Assembly: GCA_951406725.2 (NCBI GenBank)
Contig: OX597820.1
Location: 36,766,001-36,830,000, forward strand
Direction: 5' to 3'
Length of the DNA: 64,000 nucleotides
Source of the DNA: Octopus vulgaris
Lineage: Eukaryota
Position 1 is the first letter of the stretch, and each line of letters opens with the position of its first letter. Made by a program: the position numbers and the translations under genes. A model generated the notes under the pieces. It had not been told where the DNA came from. It made no database searches and saw only the letters and a list, made by a program, of their open reading frames with translations. Below are positions 40,106 to 53,633 of this stretch, piece by piece.

Positions 40106-40772
40106 AATCACAAAAATACAACTGTCAACAGCATCAATAAACATAGTGACAAATGTCTGTGAAACCAAATTAAGTTTGATGTTAATCTAAGGTAAATTGT
40201 GAACAATTTTACACATTTATATAAAATATAATTATATAATATTTGAACACCTCATTTGTAACTGACATTAAACCAGATACATTGACAAACATAAATCTAC
40301 AGTCAGTTCCATTATCACATCAATTTTATTTAACATTTTTCCAGGACATCCCAGAAAAAAAAAAATAATAAAATATCCAGTTTGAGAGAACCTGACACCA
40401 GAAATTTCTCAAATATGAGATTTTTCAAGTTTGAGAGACATAAAAATAACACAAGGTAACATAACAAATCAATGAAATTAATTTTAATATATTGTGTGTG
40501 AATATTTTATTGAAACTTTTCTCAACCAAATAAACATTTTGGCTGGTATCTGATAAAACAGTGTTATAGAAAGTTAACAATAGTAAATATTACAACACTG
40601 AGACGTACAATTTTCTTTAAAAATGTTACAAAATATTCTCAAATACTTCAAGTAATATAACATTATATAAACTTTACTTTCAGCCAATTTTCATGATGTT
40701 CCATGACATTTGATTTATGATCAGTAAAGCTACCATACTTAATGGATATTTTGTCCTGATTTCATAAGTTTC

Positions 40773-41876
40773 TTATTTGCGTGCATGAACAGGTTTGTGA
40801 CGGGTTAAACTTTGATTATCAGCATATGCCTTACCACAAATATCACAGCTGAATGGTCTTTCACCTGTGTGACCACGTACATGAAGTTTTAAATGACCTC
40901 TCTGAGAAAATGTTTTACTACAGATATGACAGTGGTATGGATTTTCACCAGTGTGAATACGAACATGTTGAGTTAAATGACCATTCTGAGAGAATGTTTT
41001 CCCACAGATATCACAGTGGTATGGTTTCTCACCAGTATGCATGCGTATATGTCTAGTTAATCCAGTACTCTCAGAGAATGTTTTCCCACAGACATCACAG
41101 TGGTATGGTTTCTCTCCTGTGTGAACTTGTTTGTGACGAGTCAGTTTATTATATTCCGAGAATGTTTTCTCACATATATCACAGTGGTATGGCTTCTCAC
41201 CAGTGTGAGTACGTTTGTGAACAGTCATATTGCCTCTCTGAGAGAATGTTTTCCCACAGACATCACAGCTATATGGTTTTTCCCTTGTGTGAATGTATTT
41301 GTGTCTTTTCAGATAAGACCTTCGCGAAAATGTTTTAGCACAAACACCACATTGATATGGTTTCTCTCCTGTGTGGGTTCGTTTGTGAAGAGTTAATTTA
41401 TCACTTTGAGAGAATCTTTTGCCACAGATATCACAATGATATGGTTTCTCACCTGAGTGAGTATATTTGTGTGTAGTCAAATGACCTTGCTGAGAGAATG
41501 CTCTCCCACAAATATTACAGTGGTATGGTTTTTCACCCGTATGAATACGCTTATGCTTGGTCAAATTACTGCTGTCAAAGAAAGTTTTGTTACAGATTAT
41601 GCATTGATAAACTTTCTTATCCTTCTGAACATTTTTATGAAATGACAAAGAGCTGGTTTTAGCAATTGTTTTACTATAAATTTTTAAATATTTAAGCCTT
41701 GAGCTTTTATGAAGCAATTTTTGCTTAAATAAGGTATCAGATTGCGTGAATGTTTTCACATCATTGTCAAAGTAATCTGATATCTTCTCTGTATCTTCAT
41801 ATCTCTGATAAGATATGTCGCTAGATTCAGGCTGTGTTTGATCACAAGCCAGACTCTCACACAATTTATTCTCCAT
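40773..41876 (-). CDS. C2H2 zinc-finger protein ZF5, 10 fingers, close paralog of ZF4
   Basis: 367-aa ORF with a leader nearly identical to ZF4 and 10 collinear fingers. Confidence 0.95.
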   Translation of the reverse strand: MENKLCESLACDQTQPESSDISYQRYEDTEKISDYFDNDVKTFTQSDTLFKQKLLHKSSRLKYLKIYSKTIAKTSSLSFHKNVQKDKKVYQCIICNKTFFDSSNLTKHKRIHTGEKPYHCNICGRAFSQQGHLTTHKYTHSGEKPYHCDICGKRFSQSDKLTLHKRTHTGEKPYQCGVCAKTFSRRSYLKRHKYIHTREKPYSCDVCGKTFSQRGNMTVHKRTHTGEKPYHCDICEKTFSEYNKLTRHKQVHTGEKPYHCDVCGKTFSESTGLTRHIRMHTGEKPYHCDICGKTFSQNGHLTQHVRIHTGENPYHCHICSKTFSQRGHLKLHVRGHTGERPFSCDICGKAYADNQSLTRHKPVHARK

Positions 41877-43234
41877 AATTACTATACAAATATTCTGTAA
41901 TTGTCAAATACCTCCATGGAGAATACTAAAGTGCTTGAATACACTTAATAAATATTGAAGTTGCAATGTATTTTCTTTTCTAAAAAGTAATATCTTATAA
42001 AGACTGATGATGTCTCAATCATACAGAAACAGTTTCATGATATTTTATTTGGACAGTTTTTTGGGTTTTTTTCCTAGAGTCTAATCTTGGAATTAAAAGG
42101 CACCAGTAAACTGATTTTAGTTCTTAAGAGACACCTAGATAAACCAAGAGAATCGTCATTTTTTAAATTATAATTTGTTTATAAACTTCATTGCTGCTTT
42201 AGGTTACAGAGAACAGTTACTTGTATTCTTGATAATGTCAGTCTTCTGTTTTCAAAATCTGACAAATTTCGTGAATTGGCAATGTTGCCACAAACCCTGA
42301 AATAAATAACATAAGGTGAAATGGACAATGGAAAGTTGACACAAAGGTTATTTTGAAGGTAAATCTTGACTAGAGATACTGAAATGATATGTACAGAAGA
42401 AAGACACAATAGTATGAATATGTGTAAATGGAAGATGTGATATTTGGATGAGGACTTCGGAAAGGAGATAATAAATATGCTGGTGTAGAAAGAAGAGTAG
42501 AATGTTTTTTCATAAATGTATTTACAAATAGATCATTTATGAACATAGATCTGCATGAAAAGTAATAATTCAGTCAGTTCTATCACATTTGATGCAAGAA
42601 ACACTAAAAAAAAAAACTATAACTAGAAATGATTATTAAATGAGAATAAAACAATATTAATCAATGACTAATATAATTTTATTAATTATGGCATGTATAG
42701 GCAACAACTCCTGGTATATTTTGATCTGATCATGGCCTCATTAGCGAAGCATACAGGAGTAAAAATGGAAAAATCTAAGTATATGAACAAATTTATACAT
42801 TGGGTTGTATAGGAAAATAGAGACACATCTGTTTCAGTCTTCTTTTGTAATTTACATTACCGATAAAGCCATATTAGTCTGAAAAAATATCTTAGAACAA
42901 ATATCTCAGAGATATTTTTTCAGCCAAAGTGTAATTATAATATCTTAATAAGACATATATAAATTTATGTTAACAAACCAATTCTCATTACTATTGTAAA
43001 TTCAGAAGATACCAACAACCAGCTGTGAAACACTGTTAATAAATAACTAAAGGAATCAAAGCAATTCATTTTCCAGGTGGGTTGATATTATTGCAGGCAA
43101 TTTGAATGTCTGCATGGAATATGGTCTATTCAAAGGGTAACAATTCAATAGTAACTGTTTGGCTATATATGCAGTTGTACCTGTCATCAACTTTTGCCCT
43201 AATCTATCCAACTTACGCACAATAGATATACACG

Positions 43235-43266
<32 letters not shown>

Positions 43267-43789
43267 TGCATAGAGATATACTCCAAACTATGGGTGTTTG
43301 ATCTCTTTGCTTCTTATTGGCCTGTTTTAAGCCATAACCTCTAATTATCCTTTATATTCAAAAGTTAACCTTCTCAGACCAGGGCACTAGTGTTTAACTT
43401 TACCTTCCACTTGGGCTCCTGAGCATAAAAATTAATAGTTCCATATATAGCTCAAGAATAATGATTGTAGGTAAACTAAAGGACAGAATTGGCTGCATCT
43501 TATTTCTCTGCATGTGTTGTCCATTACCGCTTTACTGAGAATATGGCAGAAATAACATTTAACCTATTTCTGCTATTGCAGGAATACGGCGTGACAGGGT
43601 TAAGTTTGAATGAACCACTGATCCAACAGACGTTAGATTTGTTCAGATCGATGTAAGAAATCTCACCTGTTAACAATTTTACTTGATGATGGTGGATTAT
43701 GTGTTATGTAATCTTCAATGAATGCATTAATAAAATTCTACTGGAACAGCTGTCGTATATTTTGAATATCATTTATGTTTACTTTATAT

Positions 43790-44000
43790 GTACGTATATA
43801 TCTATGTATCTGTTTTTGTCCCCAACAACCATTGTCGGTGTGTTTACGTCCTGGTAATTAGCAGGTGGGGAAAAGATTCCGATAAAATAAATACCGGGCT
43901 TAAAAAAAGAAAACAAGTACAGGTGTCGATTCGTTCGACTAAAAATTCTTCCAAGCGGTTTCCTGCACGGCCGCAGTCTAATAAATGAAACAAGTAAAAG
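43790..44000 (+). mobile_element. Degenerate SINE 3' half
   Basis: gtgtttacgtcc..ccgcagtc..tgaaacaagtaaaaga matches the tail of the SINE family at 8596. Confidence 0.6.
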
Positions 44001-44618
44001 AATATATTACGAAATACACATTTGAACAGAGGCTGGAGAGAAAAGGAACTACAAACACCGACAAAAAATAAATGTTTTTAATTATATTTTACTGCCATAT
44101 ATTAAAGTGAATTTAATAAGCACACTGAACAAAAAGTAAACGTATGTATTCATATTAATTGATACAGAGACATCGTCAGAAGAGAAACTACTCAGATATC
44201 TAAAGTATATGAACACTGAGTACAAACTGTGATTGTAACAAAAATCAGAAGACAGAGAGAGACAAAACCAATGGAAAATATGTTACAATTAATAACAAAT
44301 ACTTTAATGTTACCATACTGGTAAATGACTTCTAAAAGTAAGCATCACTGATGTTTCACTTGTAAATAGAGATGACACCTGCATCACCGTGAGGTGTTTA
44401 TATATTGTGGTTTGTTAAAACAAAGGATTTTGCACTAGAAATACTAAAATATCATATTCAATAATTGGCGACTAACAATACATCAACTTACTGTTTTCTT
44501 TCCAACTATATCGGTCTGTTGATACATTTTCAGTTACTATTTCTACCTCTGACAAAACAAACTTCACGGATAGCAAAACAAACTGATATTCTTTTAAACA
44601 AAACTAAATGACATTAAT

Positions 44619-44642
44619 TCATGAGCCGTACTTTCGTAAAAA
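44619..44642 (-). promoter_or_regulatory. Conserved upstream motif of ZF5
   Basis: tcatgagccgtactttcgtaaaaa. Confidence 0.7.
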
Positions 44643-47242
44643 CGTTTTTTTTAAAAATTATTTTCCACAATAATAATCAGTATATTGATGCAGGAAACAC
44701 TGTACATAAAATTCAATTTCTATATAATCTAAATATAAAGACTGTTACATTTCGATCAACCATAACATTTATTTTACTAAAATTGATAAACAATATAGTC
44801 AAGGTGTACATAATAACTTAGTTATCTTTAAAATTCTCCAGTATGAAGAAAAATCGATATCAGTTAATGACTTAAGTTATTTTCGTTTTACATGTAAGCA
44901 CAGGAAACTGACGATACGAAAGAAGTTGTATAAGAAACATTTAACATTAAAAACTCTTTATATACTTATTGCCAACTTTTGGTTTTATTCTCAAGGAATT
45001 TGCTGTTGAAAATATCATTCATCTGACCCACTGACTCGCATTCCAACCCCACATTTGATAATTGACTTCTATCTTCAACAGTTACAAAATGTCACTATAA
45101 TTTTATTGTGAATTATAAAAAATTTGCTCAAATAGTTATTCTATTTTAAGCTAGAAGTGAACTAACAGAAGCTTACACAGCACACAGGTAGTGAGACATT
45201 TTAGTGAGCAGAGGTGATGGATATATGCTTATTAGAATAGAAGCTGGTATGCCTGCAACAGATGAACGCAATGAATTGTGCGTGTTTAAGAGTTCTCACC
45301 CTTCCCCGTTTTGAGAGTAATTTTCATTAATGTTGATGACTTTCGTTTTCATTCGGATTTATTATTCCACATGATTAAAAATTTAGTTTTTTTACATGAA
45401 ATATGGTATTCTGCACTAAAAGAATAGTGTTAGCAAAAGTGTGTATTGGAAATGATTTCAATATTGAATTTAATTTGTAGATGAATTTTAATACGGTACC
45501 TTCCTCCTCTTCTTTTATAACACATAAAGCAGAAAGTCCTTCCATATGCTGTTGATGTTGCCACTGAAGATTATAAGTGAAAGCAGAAAGAGAATCATGG
45601 AGGTCAACATTGTAGGCCAATCTTCTACCTTATTTCATAGGGTTTCGAGTTTAATCTCACTACATGTCATCTTGGATAAGCATCTTAACTTTGGAATGAC
45701 CAAAACCTTCATCATCATAATTATCATCGTTATAAGTTTGTTTTCCAAGCTGGCGTAGACGAGATGACTCAACAGAAATCAATGAGTCAGAGAACTGTCC
45801 TAAGCTGTAATGTCTGATTTAGTGTGGTTTCAATGGTTGTATACCCTTCCTAATGCCATCTACTTTATAGAGTGTACAGGATACTTTTTTTATAGCACTG
45901 GCACTAATGATGTTACCAAGTAACTCATAATACAAGACCCCTCAACTGAGCAAGGAGGGAATTAAAGGCATGATAGAGGGAAAGGAACAAATATCACGCT
46001 GCAGAGTAGAGAAATGGTTTCCCCAGCTGGGGTAGAGAGAGTGAGAGAGAGATGAGTGATATTTTGGTCAATGGATACTGCATAGAAGCTTATCAAAGGG
46101 ACCATTTCAGTTCTAGAATTGTAGACTTAATCTGTCATCTAGTTAAACATCACCATATAGATTTTGAATGCTTTTAGTGGAGAATCACTTTATAGTAAAC
46201 ATTCAGATCAGGTCTCTTGTCTTCAGATAACTTTCCCCTACACAAACCAGTTTTAGAGCTACTGGGAAAAATGATGGATACTGTCTCTTCACCTAAAGAT
46301 TAAGTAATAAAAATGCTGTAAAGTGAGTGGCTGATTGACAGGAAATGAGATGAATCAGATGTCAACAGCTGTATCTGAATTGAAGTCTGAACAACTTGTA
46401 TAAAAATATGATGCCTGATAATGAAACACAATTGTTAAATATGGAAGATTCACTGCATCTAATGTGTGATCTGTTAGAGGTGCAAATTAGTTGAGCATTA
46501 AAAATATAAACTAGACTTTTGAAACATTAGAATGAAGTGGTTAAATGTGAGGTGATTAAATTTCACAAATCAATTGACATACAATTATAAAAAAACTAGC
46601 TTAAAAACCACTCTCCATGCGGACTTTTAATCTAGCTCCAGCAGAGGGCCAATTGGGCTTGCAACCCAAAACTAAAGAGAGCTAAATAACATGACTATAT
46701 GTCGTAGTGGTGTTTGATTAGAGATTAAGGATGGATGAGAATTAATTCTGTAATGTAGTCATTCTATTGTTCCAGTTGCAAGTTGAATTACAGCCACTGA
46801 CCAATTTGTCCCAAAGTTCTTATCTTAACATAAAATTAACGAAGTAAATGTCATTTATGAAGGTGGTGTGAATCATCCAAGCTTTACCTGCTAGAAATAG
46901 CAACCCAAATGCTTTTAAATCAGATCCTAATGTTGGGTGTTCAAGAACCAAACGAAGGGCAGATTTTCAATCCCAGGATCATCCTGATTCCAAAGAGATA
47001 TAATATGTCTATGTAGAGCAAATGTAGACTGAGATACAAGGATCCCAGAGACAAAATTTTGCTTTTATTAATATAGACATAAAAGATATGTCCAACTCAT
47101 GCCAACCTGGCAGAAAAGAAAATGATACTGCTACTGCTATCTGATTATTTTTTATATATTTCTTTATATGTCAATTCTGTCTGTTTGTCTCTCTTTACCT
47201 GCCTGCCTACCTACCTACCTGTAAGGCCCAAAATATCTATAC

Positions 47243-47890
47243 AGTCCAACCCATGCTAGCATGGAAAGCGGACGTTAAACGATGATGATGATATTCATAT
47301 ATGTATATATGCTTGCGAAGACATGTTGGGGCAAGCAAAATCGAAATCGAAGTCAAAATCGAATTGAACCAGCCAGGATCCCTGGTCTGGTGGTACGTAA
47401 AAAGCACTATCCGACTCGTGGCCGATGCCAGCGCCGCCTCCACTGGCTTCCGTGCCGGTGGCACGTAAAATACACCAATCTGACCGTACGACAGGCACCC
47501 ATGCCAACCCCCTTGCTTGCGAAGACATGTTGGGGCAAGCGAAATCGAAATCAAATTGAACCAGCCAGGATCCCTGGTCTGGTGGTACGTAAAAAGCACC
47601 ATCCGACTCGTGGCCGATGCCAGCACCGCCTCGTCTGGCTTCCGTGCCGGTGGCACATAAAATACACCAATCCGACCGTGGCCGTTGCCAGCCTTGCCTG
47701 GCACCTGTGCAGGTGGCACGTAAAAAGCACCCACTACACTCACGGAGTGGTTGGCGTTAGGAAGGGCATCCAGCTGTAGAAACACTGCCAGATAAGACTG
47801 GAGCCTGGTGCAGCCTTCTGGCTTCCCAGATCCCCGGTCGAACCGTCCAACCCATGCTAGCATGGAGAACGGACGTTAAACGATGATGAT
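47243..47890 (+). mobile_element. RTE-related 3' UTR element with an internal tandem duplication of about 200 bp
   Basis: Homologous to 9700-10005; 47311-47490 is repeated at 47515-47680; ends gttaaacgatgatgat. Confidence 0.8.
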
Positions 47891-50279
47891 ATTATATCAT
47901 ATATATTTGTACTTTCTTTTCCTACTGTCTCTCTTTTACCTTTCTGGCAGTTAATGATGACAATGATGCAACCGCTGTCATTTTCGAAGATAACTTCAAC
48001 AACCTAATAAACTATAAAGTACTTTCACATCAACCACAACTCACGGTCTGAACATTTCAGCATTCCTTGATGAAGCTGCAAACCTTCTCTCTTTTTGTCA
48101 GTTGTTTTACTAACCACCTCTACATCTGAACACATGTAAATCCATTACAAATACATTTTTTTCAGACCATTTGCACAGCAAAATTATCATAAACATGGTC
48201 ATTACATTTTGGACACATCTGGCCCACCATAGTATTGTGGTTTTACATAGGTATATTGTTTTACAGTATATCCTTTGTCATTCTCTACTTAAACAGTAAT
48301 TACAAATTTCTTTCTATTGGCAAGGCACATTCCAATACACTTCATATCTACAATTTAACTTAGTTTCTTTGTATTATTTAGTGTTACCCACTTTTTCCAT
48401 CACTGGTCACTCCTCAGACCTACGCATCTCTTCTCATCTTTACATTCTTACAGCTTCTACTCACCCAGACTTCATGGTCTCCTGTGTCCATCCATTTCTG
48501 TTCACCTTGTATCTTGATGGTCAACTCTAACTTCATTTTATCTCTTTCCAGCTCTACTCTGGCCACTCCCATCCTCTCTTCTATAATGTGAATAGCTGTA
48601 TAACTCTTCAACATCAAGAAACCTGTTCTGTTCTGCCCCCTTCATCCTATAGCATGAAGCTGCCTCCCTCTCTACTGAAGTCCTGCCAACTCAGCCAAAG
48701 GGATGGAGGGTAACCACACTAGTGCTAGTGCCATGAAAATAATACTAAGTACATGCTATAAGTGGTTGACATTGGGAAGGGAATTCAACTGTAGGAACCA
48801 TACCAACACATATACTGGAGCACAATGCAGTTTTTGAACCCATCAGATCCTGTCAAACTGACCAATTTATACCAGCATAGAACACAGACTTTTAATTTTG
48901 ATGATGATAATAATGTTGATTATCAAAACTGTCACCTCATCTATTTAGTTATTTCACCATTGTTTAAGCTTGGCTGGTGGGGGAATTTACCTTACATAAC
49001 CAGCCAACCTACTGCACACATAAAAAAAGGTAATATATCTATACAGTTTGGTATGGACAGAAAAAAGAGGAAAGAGTTCTATGTACATTTCTTTCTTATT
49101 GGAATATTGATCAGTAACTGTGCACTCACTCTGTATTCAAACTGTTAAATATGCAAATTAGTTGAGCCAGTTTGCCTTCACCTCTAAAATAAGTTTATAA
49201 GCAGTGTGTTTGAATTAGAGGGAGTGCTCAGTTGCTTACAAATGCAGTGTATAGATATATTGTTTGTATTCATCATAACACATAGTGATAGCTATTAAAT
49301 GTTCTATTGCACATAATAGCAAGATCTTCACTGTTTTTCTCCACTTGGTATAACCCTCCCAATTTTGCTTTCGGCGCTCTCTTCTAGCAATGATGTAAAA
49401 TTTTGCAGTGATGCCAGGAACTATTCTAAATACATTGCCCTGTATATTCTGTGCAATACCCCAAAATACATTTTATTGTTTGGTATTTTTTACTTGTTTC
49501 AGTCACAAGACTGAGGCTATGCTCAGACATATCCTTGAGGAATTTACTCAATTAAATCAACCACAATACATATTTTAAAGTCTCATACATATTCTATCAA
49601 TCTCTTTTTGCCAAACTGGTACATTGTGGGGACATAAACAAAACAACACAGTTTGTCAAATAGCGAGAGACAAACACTACATGCACATACCCATAACAGA
49701 TTTCAGCAGCACAATTTCTACCAACAAAATCTACATAGAATGCATTTAGTCAACCAGTGCTTCTTAATCACATAATCAAGTTAAAAGAAAAATTTCATTT
49801 TACTTTACTTCCCATTTTGCATTGCAAATGTGGTGAGTGTGTGTGTGCATGCATGCTTGCATTTATATGTGTGCATGTATATGTATGTGTATATATAATG
49901 ATGACAAATGTCTGTGTAACCAGAGTAGATAAAGTGAATCATTTAAAAATATAACTACCATATATTTTTAATCATTAATAATCTTATAGAAAGGTTTATA
50001 CATATAAATAAAGTTTTATTCTAAAACATTAATTTTCTTCGTATTTACAATAATTTTCAACCTGATAAATGATAAGTTTAAATTTACATTCAGTTCTATT
50101 ACCATGTTTTAGAATATTCTGGAAAAAAAATCTTTTAAAAAATATGCAGTTTATGTTACTGAAAATATCATTTTTGTCCATTTTCATTGTATTATCTGTA
50201 TCACAAAAATTCCCTTGTGATTTCATGACATAATAATTTGTGATAAGTTTTCAAAATAATTCTATTCTTTTATTGTTTA

Positions 50280-51524
50280 TTATCCATGTGCCTTTTCTTT
50301 ATGATGAGTCAAGCTCCTACTCTCAGAGTAAGTTTTACCACAAATATCACAATGATATGGTTTTACACCAGTGTGAACAGGTTTGTGACGGTTTAAATTT
50401 TGATTATCAGCATATGATTTACCACAAATATCACAGCTGTATGGTCTTTCACCTGTGTGACCACGTACATGAAGTGTTAAATGACCTTTTTGAGAGAAGG
50501 ATTTACCACAGATATCACAATGAAATGGATTTTCACCAGTGTGAACACGCACATGTTGAATTAAATGACCATTCTGAGAGAATGTTTTCCCACAGATATC
50601 ACAGTGGTATGGTTTCTCACCTGTATGCATACGCATATGCTTAGTTAATCCGCTACTGGCAGAGAATGTTTTGCCACAGATATCACAGGGGTATGGTTTC
50701 TCACCTGTGTGAATACGTACATGTTGAGTTAAATGACCATTCAGAGAGAATGTTTTGCCACAAATTTCACAATGATACGGGTTGTCACCTGTGTGCACAC
50801 GTACATGCCTAGTTAATGTACTATTGTTTGAGAATGTTTTTCCACAGGTATCACAGCAGTATGGGTTGTCACCTGTGTGCATGCGTAGGTGTCTAGATAA
50901 TATACTATTGTTTGAGAATGTTTTTCCACAGATATCACAATAAAATGGTTTATCTCCTGTGTGAACTTGTTTGTGATTAGTTAACTTATTACACACAGAG
51001 AAGGTTTCACCACAAATATCACAATGATATGGTTTTTCACCTGTGTGAATACGTTTGTGAACAGTCAAATTACTTCTAACAGAGAATGTTTTCCCACATT
51101 CATCACAATGAAATGGATTCTCACCTGTGTGAATACGTATATGTTGAGTTAGATGACCGTTCTGAGAGAATGTTTTCCCACAGGTGTCACAGTGGTATGG
51201 TTTCTCTCCTGTATGCATGCGTATGTGTTTAGTTAATCCACTTCTATCAGTGAATCTTTTTCCACAAATATCACAGTGGTATGGTTTTTCCCCAGTGTGC
51301 ATACGTATGTGTGTGGTTAATCTGCTACTTTCAGAGAATGTTTTACCACAGATATCACAGTGATATGGGTTGTCACCAGTGTGCACACGTACATGTTTAC
51401 TTAATGCGCTATTGCCAGAGAATGTTTTCCCACAGACATCACAGTGGAATGGTTTCTCAACCATATGAGTACCTTTGTTATTAGTCATACTATTTCTTTT
51501 GAGGAATGTTTTTTCCAGAGACAT
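50280..51524 (-). CDS. C2H2 zinc-finger protein ZF6, 14 fingers, leaderless
   Basis: Open frame with 14 intact fingers. The first ATG is at 51524; the track start at 51527 is GTG. Confidence 0.88.
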   Translation of the reverse strand: MSLEKTFLKRNSMTNNKGTHMVEKPFHCDVCGKTFSGNSALSKHVRVHTGDNPYHCDICGKTFSESSRLTTHIRMHTGEKPYHCDICGKRFTDRSGLTKHIRMHTGEKPYHCDTCGKTFSQNGHLTQHIRIHTGENPFHCDECGKTFSVRSNLTVHKRIHTGEKPYHCDICGETFSVCNKLTNHKQVHTGDKPFYCDICGKTFSNNSILSRHLRMHTGDNPYCCDTCGKTFSNNSTLTRHVRVHTGDNPYHCEICGKTFSLNGHLTQHVRIHTGEKPYPCDICGKTFSASSGLTKHMRMHTGEKPYHCDICGKTFSQNGHLIQHVRVHTGENPFHCDICGKSFSQKGHLTLHVRGHTGERPYSCDICGKSYADNQNLNRHKPVHTGVKPYHCDICGKTYSESRSLTHHKEKAHG

Positions 51525-51830
51525 CACAGGAATATAATATTTTTATAGATGTAGTTTCAATTTCACAGGAACTTAACCAATGTCATAAAAACAATTAATC
51601 AAATGATTAAAAAACAGTTCTTGATAATGTCAGTCTTCTGTCTTTAAAATCAGACAAATTTCTTGGTAGCTCTTGAATCAGCAATCCCCATCTCAATGTT
51701 AACACAGACACTAAAGTAAAAAACAATGAAAAATAAAGAACATGAAAATAAATTACGAAAAAAAAAGAACAAGAAAATAAAGTAAAAAAACAATGAAAAG
51801 TTAACATAGAGGTTATTTAACTGAAGAGAT

Positions 51831-52389
51831 TGTAAAGGGAACTGGTTGCTTCTTTACACTTTTGGGGTGCAACTTGGGTGCAACACAATTTCCTTTCTTT
51901 TTGTTTCTAGAAACTACCAGTCGGTAACAAAACGCAACTTTAAAAATATATACGATTCTTTATTCTCTTATTCACAAATGAAGCCCGATGGTATACTGGC
52001 ATCCACTTAGTTCAACTCAGCAAGGCTGAATTTTAACGTTTGTAAGAATATTACCCAAATTCAGCAGTTTGTAAGAATATTACCCAAATTCAGGTCAAAT
52101 CCTAAGCGTCTGGGACAGGAGAATAGGCTGATCACACGTTTAAAAATATGTCCTTTCTCTTCTATCGACGTGTCTCAAGTCAACGACGCTATTAAGGAAC
52201 GCGATTGAATTTCTTCCCCAGTCTCTAGCGCATGTGGGAACTTCCTTATGCCTTTCCAGAAGGTTCCAACCCCGCACACGCACACTGAAGAAGGACGTTC
52301 CGCACACGCACACTGAAGAAGGACGTTCCGCACACGCACACTGAAGAATGACGTTGCGTGTGCGCACACTGGAATATGACGTCACTACA
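51831..52389 (-). mobile_element. Solo LTR, 559 bp, in the putative ZF6 intron
   Basis: TGTA...TACA termini, 4-bp TSD agat, minus-strand AATAAA near 51960, and 28-bp tandem repeats at 52272-52384. Confidence 0.75.
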
Positions 52390-53422
52390 AGATTATCAAG
52401 AGAGGTTAATTGGCAGAAGAATAAAAATAAGAAAATATCTACAGAGGGAAGATGCAATACTCTAGCTTTGTAATGTAAATGGATGATATAATGTGTGGAT
52501 GAAGATTTTAGAAACAAGATGGTAGGCTGATTGAACGAACAAATGGCAAGGACATACATATATAAAGTAGTGAGTTGAAAAAGTTTTATTTGCTGATATT
52601 GTTCCTGGAGTTACAAAAAATTCTCTCAAAAGGTTACTTAAAAGATCTAAAATCAAGCAAGAGAGATAATACCTACAAGATCAGCAAATCAAAACTTTTA
52701 GGAAATACAATGCATTAAAAATGTGAGTGGAGTTGGTCTTTGAAACCAACTGGTGAAAGTAACAAATGTTTATCTTATTAATCCTCCTCAATGAAGCATA
52801 CTCAACTCAGCTGGCAACAAGACTTAGTGTGTGAGTGTGTGTGTGTGTGCATGTTTGTTTCTCTGTGTTATTTCTACATTCCAAAACATATAAATACAAA
52901 AAAAAAAAAAAAAACAGGACATACACACACACACACACACACAGGTACAAGCGCACACGCACAACTCATTAGCTTTCTCTTTCCTACTGACAATTGACAA
53001 GACAACATGTGGTCACGGAAATCACCGAATTCAATGTTTACATTATTTCGAGTCAAAACAAGCATATTCAGTAATACACAAAAGGCGATTGCCGAAATGC
53101 ACAAATTATAAATACAGTGACTTTTATGCAAAAAATAAAGAACAAATATGTTTTCAATCGCTTTTCACAGACATTTTTACTGATAAGATTAATATTTTTG
53201 ATGTATAAAAACATTTCTGCGCTTTAAGGTTGTTGTTTCATTAAAATGAATAAACACACAAAATACAAGACAAACCTAGATAATTATAAACAAACTGAAT
53301 GTTCAAAATATATCGAGACTGACAGCGAGCTAATTCGATTGAAATGGGACTAAATACTAAGAGAGCAAAACAAAGAGAATTTGTTATTATTGCAACAATC
53401 CATCACAGATAGTAACAAATAC

Positions 53423-53633
53423 GATACTATTTAAGAAGAGTGGTCCCGGTGCGCGCAGTCGCGTATTCGCGCTAGCTAGTCGATCTTTACTTTGTGTTTT
53501 TGTTTTATTTACTTTGTGTAAAAAATTATCTTTTTTTTTTTATTTACTTTGCTAGGTAGTCGATGTAGGATTGACTAGTCACAACAAGCTATCGCGGATG
53601 CGTGCACCGGGACCGCTCTTCTTAAATAGTACC
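53423..53633. mobile_element. Mutator-like MITE
   Basis: TIRs of about 40 bp (g[a/g]tactatttaagaagag[t/c]ggtcccggtgc) and 9-bp TSD aacaaatac. Empty sites are visible in paralogous introns. Confidence 0.88.
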
